Source: Bugula neritina
Taxonomy: Eukaryota > Animalia > Bryozoa
DNA: 64,000 nt
Assembly (NCBI GenBank): GCA_964035545.1
Contig: OZ037772.1
Span: 3,315,538-3,379,537, forward strand
Direction: 5' to 3'
Part shown: positions 55,477 through 64,000 of the stretch, piece after piece
Numbering within the stretch: position 1 is the stretch's first letter
Layout of the letters: the number at the start of each line of letters is the position of its first letter
The notes under the pieces: generated by a model
Database searches by the model: none
The model's input: the letters and a program-made list of their open reading frames with translations, nothing else
What the model was told of the DNA's origin: nothing
Translations under genes and position numbers: made by a program

Positions 55477-58462
55477 GTTCGTTTATTGTGAGACTTCCCT
55501 TAAAACACAATCAGCCGGCATGGAACTAATAGATATCTCAATACTAAACATACAAACTACTGACTCAGTATAGTTATAGACAAATATATTAATACTAATA
55601 ATATAAACTAATGGCTCAGTATTGCGTTAGTTATGCGTGGGGGGTTCAGTGATAACACGCCTATAAACCACACAGTTCAATAATGAAAGACTGTGACTTT
55701 TCACGAACAGACATCTCATCTCTGATTCTAATGAAAAATCACGAAATTTTCAGACAAACGATACTACATTTCAACTTTGTGACTATCACATGATAATAAT
55801 CATTGTCATTTGAAAGATTCTGCTAAAATCGAAATGCCAATGTTAATCACAAGGTCAACCATAAATGACTCAGTCTGATGACTGACGGTTATGCTTAATG
55901 ATTAATTAGTAATATGAATAGATTGCAAGTAATCAGCATGATGATGGTGATGATTGCTTTCCACCATCAAAGGTCAAACTTTGTAATTGCAGCTTGAAAT
56001 GTAAAATTAAATAATATTACTTTTATTTAATTATACAAGTATAACTTACCATCATAGCAACATTCAACTTTATGTAGTCATTATGAACATGATAACGGTT
56101 TACCTTTTACTTTAGGTGATAATTATACTATTCTTGATTATCATTATGTCTACCATTATGATTATCTCAACTTTAACTTATCAATTACGATAATTAACCA
56201 TTTGTTTTTAATGATAAAAACTTAAATCATTGAATGAACATTAAAAATGATTTAATTTCACACTTTTATTATCATAACTATGAAATTAATATTAATAGGC
56301 ATATTTGATTTTTAGATTACAATAATAATTATCAAATCATGGTATAGAATTAAATATTATAGTTAATATTATTATAAATATAATTAATATAATTGTATTT
56401 ATTGAAACTAAAAGAGTAAGGTAAACTAAATGAATTATCGACATGAGTATGAGTATGAGTAGGCCACAACTAGAAGGTGCAGCAGCAATTTGAGATCCCC
56501 GTTTGCAATACCTCATCAAAGATATAGAACAGGTGCAAAATAATGCAATCAGATTCATTGCTAAATTGAAAGGCAGAGACAGTATCACTGTGGCACGTGA
56601 CAAACTAAACCTAGAATCTCTCCCTGACAGACGCTTCAAGCTGAGGCACAAGTTACTGTTGCGACTTCTATCTAATGAGGGAAATCAGGCATCTCTAACC
56701 AACTCCTATGAACTGATGAACAGTAAAACCTAAATTACTAGGTTTACTAAGGCATCAAGCAGGGACGATCCCCCAACCATTTTTGCAAAATCAGCAGCCT
56801 ACTACAGCAGCTTCTTTCCAAAAACAGCCCGGGAGCTTAAGTCTATGCTAAATAATTAGTCAATACACCAGAGTTGTATATGTGCAACATACTGAAAACA
56901 CTTGCTAGCCTGTAATCGGCAACTGTAGAGGTGTGCCTCTTGCTACATGCTCTAATGCGTGTAACTGTAAGAGGTAAGAGGACTATCAATATGACTATCA
57001 ACATTAGTAGGAGTACCCAAGTACCAGTAGACATAGTAGCTGTAGAAAGTCTATCCCAATCAGTAACTGTAAGCCGTGAGGGCTGAGACTATCACTAGGA
57101 ATATAAAAAACTATAACTTGAGTATAACTAATTGAAGGTGAGTTGACATAAATTAAAAAATAATAAATATAATTACTACAAAATCAAAATGAAATATGCA
57201 TTATAAATATTTATATTTTTATTTTATAATAATTTTTAAATTTATTTATATCATTTTATTTAGGTTCATCACCTTTCATTATGATTAATGAAAATCATAT
57301 TCATAACGATATAGATAATCACTTAAAAAAATGAAAAGTGATAAACCCATAATCATAATGATTATTATTATCATTTATCGCTTATGCCTTATCAGTGATA
57401 ATCATAATCATAATGATAATCTTGATCATAATCAATATGAATATGAATATCATGTTATACTTATTCAATAATTATAATTGATTGATTCTTATTCATATTA
57501 ATAATCATAATGAATAAAAAATTATATTAACACTACAACTTACTTAATTAGAGTATTAGTATTAGTATTAGACTATTACTATTACTATTAGTATTACTTA
57601 CAACTTGCTTATGCAAGAGAATTAAATCTTTAAAGCGTAGCATCCTTTTCAAGCAAAATAAGGATAATAAGTTTCGTCAAATCGAGTTAAAAACTACAAC
57701 TTTTAAGTCACAAGTATAAAGCAACTTATGCTCAGTCATCACTAATCCTAGTGGGTACGGCAAGCATATAGCATAATTTATTTTACAATGCGACAAGATT
57801 ATCTAGACCACTGAGCTGGAATATACCTGGATATTATTGAGTTCGATGATCTAGACGGTGCGCTCACGCCTCTCATTGTACTTAAGCAATATCCAATTGT
57901 ATGGTTTTTATGACTTTAAAATCCATTTTTGAGAAGCAAGGCTAGATAAAAATTAATGATCGATATTAACTCGCTAAGAGTACTCATGTAAGCCCGCAAA
58001 CTACAACTTTTAACTTGATCGCAAAGCTGGAAGTACGATAAGCGTCGCCGTATTGATTTCAGGCGAATTTTAGTTGATTTCTTTCAAACTGCTGAGAAGT
58101 AATATTTGCTTCCATTTTATGTCTGTGTCAGCCATCAGGGCTATCGCGATACAATTATAAATGTTCTTAATTCAATCAATATTATGAAATAAATAATGTA
58201 GGAAATTCAATTTTGACTATATAGAATAATCTCAATCTGAATAAGTATTATTTATTTATTGTAACACTTGCACTTCGTCTTACTCTTACTCTTAGTCAGA
58301 TAACATAGCACATAGTCATACTCATACTGATACTCAATCCCATACTCAATCTCATACTGAATCTGATACTCATAGTCATAGTGATAGTCTTTGCCAGATT
58401 ATTGCTAGATAATTTAAGCTAGTACTAGTACTACTACTAGTACTAATAATCACAGTACTAAT

Positions 58463-59610
58463 CAGGGTTGGGGTCAATTACATGTAAATGTAATTAATTA
58501 CAATTACAATTACATGAAGATTTGTCAATTACAATTACAATTATAATTACAGTAAAAAAGAAATGTAATTCATTACAATTACAATTACATGGCAATGTAA
58601 TTAATTACAATTACAATTACTTTTGTTCTCACAAGGAAGTCACTTCTAGGGTCCAACTACCAGGGGCAGTGTTGACAGTGGTGAACCTCTTTTGTTTTCT
58701 ACAGTGATACTATTATATCATTCCATACCAAATCAACCAACTTTCAAGGGGTCCCAAGTCTTTGTGTCTCAGATTTTGCTCATATTTACACTAAATGGAC
58801 CTACACATGTTCAGATCACCATTTGTGAATATTTCTGGCCTGACACAAAAGCACTTTGCGAAATTACTACTTTGGTGAACAAAGGTTGGAAAATATTTTG
58901 AGGAAAATTTGTGATTTACACTTTTAAAACAATTTATAAGTAATTTAAAATTTGATTAGGCTGGTATTTGAATTTTTTCAAAATTTACAAAGATTTGTTC
59001 ATATTCAATGACTTTGCATATATGCACACAAAGTATTCTGTAATATGTGTTGCTACTAGTGCAAATTGATAGGTATTATCAGATCACACAGCAAATTTTA
59101 AGGCTCAGGCTAGAAAAATGATTGAGATATAGACGTTTATAGATTAGTCTAAAAGTAGAAATCACAAATTTTACTCAAAATGTTCCTCAACCTTTGTCCA
59201 CAAAAGTAGTCAATTCTCAAAAAAATTTGTGTCAGGTCAGAAATACTGAAGAAGAGTACTTGAGGCACGTGTAGGTCTATTTGGTGTAAACATGAACAAA
59301 ATCTGAGACGCAAATAGACGCGTGCAATTCGGTGAGCTGGCATGGAATGACCCTACTATATTGACCTATCTGAACTTGTTATTTAACAGTAGGCATTGTA
59401 GAAAAAGAAGGAGTTTTTTAAGATTTAAAAGTTTGAAGTAATTGACATGTAATTATAAAGTAATTGTAAAAATCAATTACATTAGATATGTAATTAATTA
59501 CAATTACAATTACATTTTTAAGCCTCAATTACAAATTACATTCAATTACTTGAAAAAATGTAATTAATTACAGCCAATTACAATTACAAATTACAATTAC
59601 CCCAACCCTG
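58463..59610 (+). mobile_element. hAT MITE (AATTAC-rich) with a nested TIR element at about 58718-59353
   Basis: TIR CAGGGTTGGGGT / ACCCCAACCCTG, 8-bp TSD GTACTAAT. Nested ends TCATTCCATACCA / TGGCATGGAATGA are absent from the related copy at 24209-24664. Confidence 0.9.
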
Positions 59611-60402
59611 GTACTAATAGTAATAGTATTAGAGTAATACTAATACTGATAGTAATACTACCACTAGTAGTAGCAGTAGTGCTAGTAGTAGTAGGCTACA
59701 TGATGATGATCATTATGATTATGATTATGAAGATGGTTATTACTATAACTATTACGGTATGAGTATAACTATAACTGTATTAGTATTTGATTTTATTTTG
59801 CATTGCTAATTGAAGACCATGCGTTAAAATTAACTGTTTCTCTTTTTTCTAAGTTACATTTCAAGTTGCACACTAATAGACATATATGCTTTCAATTTTT
59901 TTGGTCTATCTTCAAGTTGTGAAACTTGACCAGTATGACTACGACTAACTGTAACTAGAATAAAATATTGAATAATAGAGAAGTTCCATACCGTTACACC
60001 TCCTTTGACTTGTGCTACCGTCGGTAGTGCTAAAAGAGTGGAGCCAAAGAAAAGCATAATCACAGAATTCACAGCCTGCTGGTTTGAGATTTTTGTGTTC
60101 TAGAGATTGTACTGGGTTACAGGGATCTTTTTCCCGTCTGTGAATTTTTGATCCCTGCGGTTGTTTCTGACTGTGGGTAGTTGGAGGTGTTGAGGGAGTG
60201 GGCTCACTGGGTAGGCTATATTATTGTAATCATATTAACCAACTTGACAGTTTACTAATTCATTGTCTAACTCTGTCTGTCTTAGTCTAGTAACACTATT
60301 TATTTATTTATTTACTTATTAATTTATTTATTTGACTAAATCTTGTCTGTCTTTGTCTAGTAACACTATTTATTTATTTATTTACTTATTAATTTAATTA
60401 AA

Positions 60403-60845
60403 TTACTAGTTTATATTACCAAGTTATATTACTAGTTTATATTACCAAGTTATATTACTAGTTTATGTTACCAAGTTATATTACTAGTTTATATTACCAA
60501 GTTATATTACTAGTTTATGTTACCAAGTTATATTACTAGTTTATATTACCAAGTTATATTACTAGTTGATGTAACCAAGTTATATTACTAGTTTATGTTA
60601 CCAGTTTATGTTACCAAGTTATATCACTAGTTTATGTTACCAAATTAAATTACTAGTTTATATTACCAAGTTATACTACCAAGTTATGTTACTAGTTTAT
60701 GTTACGAAGTTATATTACTAGTTTATGTTACCAAGTTATATTACTAGTTTATGTTACTAGTTTATGTTACCAAGTTATATTACTAGTTTATTTTGCCAAG
60801 TTATGTTACTAGTTTATATTACCAAGTTATATTACTAGTTTATAC
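60403..60845. repeat. Minisatellite, 26-bp unit TTACTAGTTTATATTACCAAGTTATA
   Basis: About 17 imperfect units; only about 1.5 units at the paralogous 22026-22064. Confidence 0.9.
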
Positions 60846-62364
60846 TGCTAGTATTCAACAACTATTCTCCATCACATCTCAACTCTGACGCAACTACACT
60901 GACTAAACATCCGTATAGTTTATAGTTTATGTTGAACTTTTCAGACCCTGAGAACTGTGCGTGTGGCTTCACCTGCGAGTGTGGTGCCTGTGTTGGGGTA
61001 TGTGACCTTGACAGAGACTGTGGGAAGCTGCAGATCTGTTTGGAGAAAAGATGTTATCAGCAGGCCTCACCAGATGACAGAACAGTTGTCTAGGATCTTT
61101 ATCACTCAGAACTAGTAGAATGTTCTTCAGGTTTGAATGCGAAATCTTTGTTCTAAACTCTATTAGAGTTTAAAAGTGTTGCTTTCTGTTGTACTTATAT
61201 CTGTGCTGGCTAGGATTTTTGAATGATTTTTGTTATGTATTTACATAACAGAGTGTAACCTTAAAGCTGAATTTGCTTTATTTTCTACATATTTTGGTTT
61301 GCGATTTTTCAGTAGAAACGAGGCATCACACTTGGTGTGATTATCAGCATTTTTTGCAGGTGCTTCTATCCGTGTACAGCCTGTCCTAGTGAAGGACAAA
61401 TCTGTCACCATGGTGTCTGTAAAGAGGGCTGTCAGGTGAGTAGTCGCTATGACCTACACTGCGAGTTATTGATGACTTTCATACTATGAGTTGTGACTAC
61501 CTACTATAATTTATACTGCGAGTCCAAGTAGCTGCTGTAACTTATACTGTGAGTCATGACTAACTGATATCACTTATACTGTGAGTCAATTATCAAAAAT
61601 AGCAAAGAAGTAGAGATATGTTGTGTATGTGAGATATGTGAGGTTATTTAGTGACTAGTTCGCTATTTATAGAGTTTTGTTTCTATTAATAGACTGTACT
61701 GAAGATGAACAATGTGGATCTGAGTTTACTGAATGCATATCCAACATATGCTATCAGCTTTATCCTCTCAACGATCCAGATCTTTCTGATACTGAGCAGG
61801 ACAGACTCTTTGATGATCCGCTGGATCTACAGAATGATGGTAAGTTACTCTGTTAGTACAGTTACTCTGTTAGTACAGTTACTCTGTTAGTACGGTTACT
61901 CTGTTAGTATAGTTACTCTGTTAGTATAGTTACTCTGTTAATACAGTTACTCTGTTAGTACAGTTACTCTGTTAGTACAGTTACTCTGTTAGTACAGTTA
62001 CTCTGTTAGTACAGTTACTCTGTTAGTATAATTACTCTGTCAGTATAGTTACTCTGTCAGTACAGTTACTCTGTTAGTATAGTTACTCTGTTAGTTTAAT
62101 TACTCTGTTAGTATAGTTACAGTAGCAGTTTGCTAGTCATAATAACTTGCACTGTTAGTTGCTGGACAAGTTATTCTACATCTCTTGTAGCCACAACCAA
62201 AGTGGTGTCTATATATCCTGCTAGTGACTTGAGTAATGACTCATATGTCTCCTACAGTACGAGTGGTCAGCTTTCGGCAGTGTTGGAAGAGAGTGGAGAC
62301 AACTTGGATCAGAGGTATAGGTATTGCTTAGTATAAGTTATACCATTACCATATGTAAGCAGAG

Positions 62365-62416
62365 TGACTGACTGGCTGACTGGCTGACTGGCTGGCTGAC
62401 TGACTGACTGACTGGA
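62365..62416. repeat. (TGAC/TGGC)n microsatellite
   Basis: Tetranucleotide tandem run. Confidence 0.9.
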
Positions 62417-63243
62417 CAGATAAACAGATAGGTAAATATCGATCAGATATATAGTGAAGCTACCAACTGAGACCCAGACTGTGTTTTGATACTGGTATAT
62501 GATATCTTTCTACAATGTGTTTACAGTTTACTGTACAAAGTATAGTTCCATCAGATGGACTCACTCTACTCATGTGTAAGACTCATTAAGAATGTCTACC
62601 CAATCAGATCTGTGTTAACGAGGTGTGCACACTGACGTGTAAAAGTGACTCTGAGTGTACAACCAACCAGGTTAGACACTGCATACATGTCTCTATCCTA
62701 GCAGGTATTTCACAAACTATTCTGACACCCATACTTTTATTGTTCAATGTCTATGTATTCTCCACCATGTTTTTACTAGAAGTAAACTTTATTTTAGTAA
62801 TGAGTTTAAAATAAATTATTGTTTCGCATTGTACAGTTTATTATTGCCTGAATCTTGTAATAAGAATATTGACAATATTAGAGCAGCTATGTGATTAGCT
62901 TTACAATATCAGAGTAGGGATGCTATTGGCTACTCTGTTCTGTTCTGCCGGACTTCAGAAGGGAAGAGGGGAAACGGGATTGCCCTGTGCTGTAGGGGAT
63001 GCTGGAAAACCCGGATCTCAATGTCCAATGGGAGAGAGCCGGTCGACTGGGCTCTAGAGATTCCTCGGACCAGTCGGTGCTCCTGGTTATCCTGACCTGC
63101 AAGAACCGAGGTTGGTGAATAGTATCTTTGTGGGGCTCACTGCTTGTGTGGGAGTCGTCTCCTCTGAAATATTTGGAAATATCGCTTGAGTTCCTTGCCC
63201 TGTATTATCAGTTAGCCACGCCTAGGTGTTTCACAGTTCATTA

Positions 63244-63447
63244 CAGGTTTGGGGTAATTGTAATTTGTAATTGTAATATGTTGTATTTAATTACATTTTT
63301 TCAAGTAATTGAATGTAATTTGTAATTGATGTATAAAAATGTAATTGTAATTGTAATTAATTACATATCTAATAATTGATTTTTACAATTACATCTCAAT
63401 TACTTCAAACTTTTAAATCTTAAAAAAATCATTCTTTTTTAACATAC
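63244..63447 (-). mobile_element. One-ended hAT MITE fragment (AATTAC-rich family)
   Basis: Starts CAGGTTTGGGGTAATTG; overlaps in sequence with 24209-24330. Confidence 0.8.
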
Positions 63448-64000
63448 CAGTGCAGCGATGTGATTGGCTTAACAATATCAGTGCAGTGATGTGATTGGCT
63501 ACTCTGTTCTGTTCTGCAGGGCCATGCCTACTTGTATTATGTGTTAATCTTGTTTTGCAGTGAACAGAAAGGGATAATGGGTCCCAAAAGACATCCGGGA
63601 TCTTACAGAACTGATGGTGAGGAAGGGTTCACCCGATGTTGATGGCCTGCATGGTATATCCGGCAATCCTGGAGGTGCAGGAGAAAGGAGACCACCTTGT
63701 TTTGCAGGAGATACCGGAGTTCTTGGAGAACCAGGTGATGTTTATGCTCAATTGAGTTCAATCTGTCAACTTAAGTTGGGATCTTTTTCGTTTTCATTAT
63801 TTTATGTTTGTTATGTGGAAAAGGGGAAAACTCTGTCTCGGAGCATTTTTGTTTTTTCAGAGGGCTTTGGATTATTTGATTATGGTCTACACAGGGGTGT
63901 AGACAAACTAAACTACACAGGGGTGTAGACAGACTTAACTACATAGGGGTGTAAACAGACAAAACTTACTACGAACTTACAACTACCCTGCGTCATGACG

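Larger units (their letters stand above)
60945..63734 (+). pseudogene. Collagen-like pseudogene, copy 2 (5' part, continues beyond the window)
   Basis: Same Cys-rich exons with TGG>TAG at 61091. Extra exons near 62193-62313, 62609-62670 (ICVNEVCTLTCKSDSECTTNQ) and 62950-63110 (Gly-X-Y) are missing from copy 1. Confidence 0.85.
55914..64000 (+). repeat. Segmental duplication copy 2 (paralog of 3127-4194, 11778-11836, 20732-25540)
   Basis: Long near-identical colinear blocks in the same orientation, differing by TE insertions, deletions and minisatellite length. Confidence 0.95.

Overview
AT-rich metazoan (invertebrate-type) genomic DNA dominated by transposable elements and decaying gene copies. 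It holds three related Ty3/Gypsy LTR retrotransposons with a tRNA-Leu PBS: A (1-3124, minus, runs off the window), B (4195-11777, minus, ATAT TSD) and C (46069-53504, plus, identical LTRs, ATAA TSD, inside a Tc1 relic). The main finding is that both complete elements carry an intact ~360-aa third ORF in the env position that is not env-like. It has an acidic N-terminus, tandem C2H2 and C2HC-type zinc fingers, a conserved PxVxL (HP1-box-like) motif, a basic patch and a C-terminal coiled coil, so it is a candidate element-encoded chromatin or transcription regulator. A and C have a G_UUA_AAC plus stem-loop -1 frameshift signal, while B has an in-frame gag-pol, and A and C are mosaic across RT. 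Positions 3127-25540 and 55914-64000 are two copies of a segmental duplication carrying a Cys-rich fibrillar collagen pseudogene. Copy 1 has a nested stack of hAT, Harbinger-like, Kolobok (with a KolX relic) and CACTA-like elements. Also present are RING/B-box TRIM exons, valyl-tRNA synthetase relic exons, LINE, Penelope and hAT fragments, MITEs and many minisatellites. All calls were made by eye, with no searches or alignments run.
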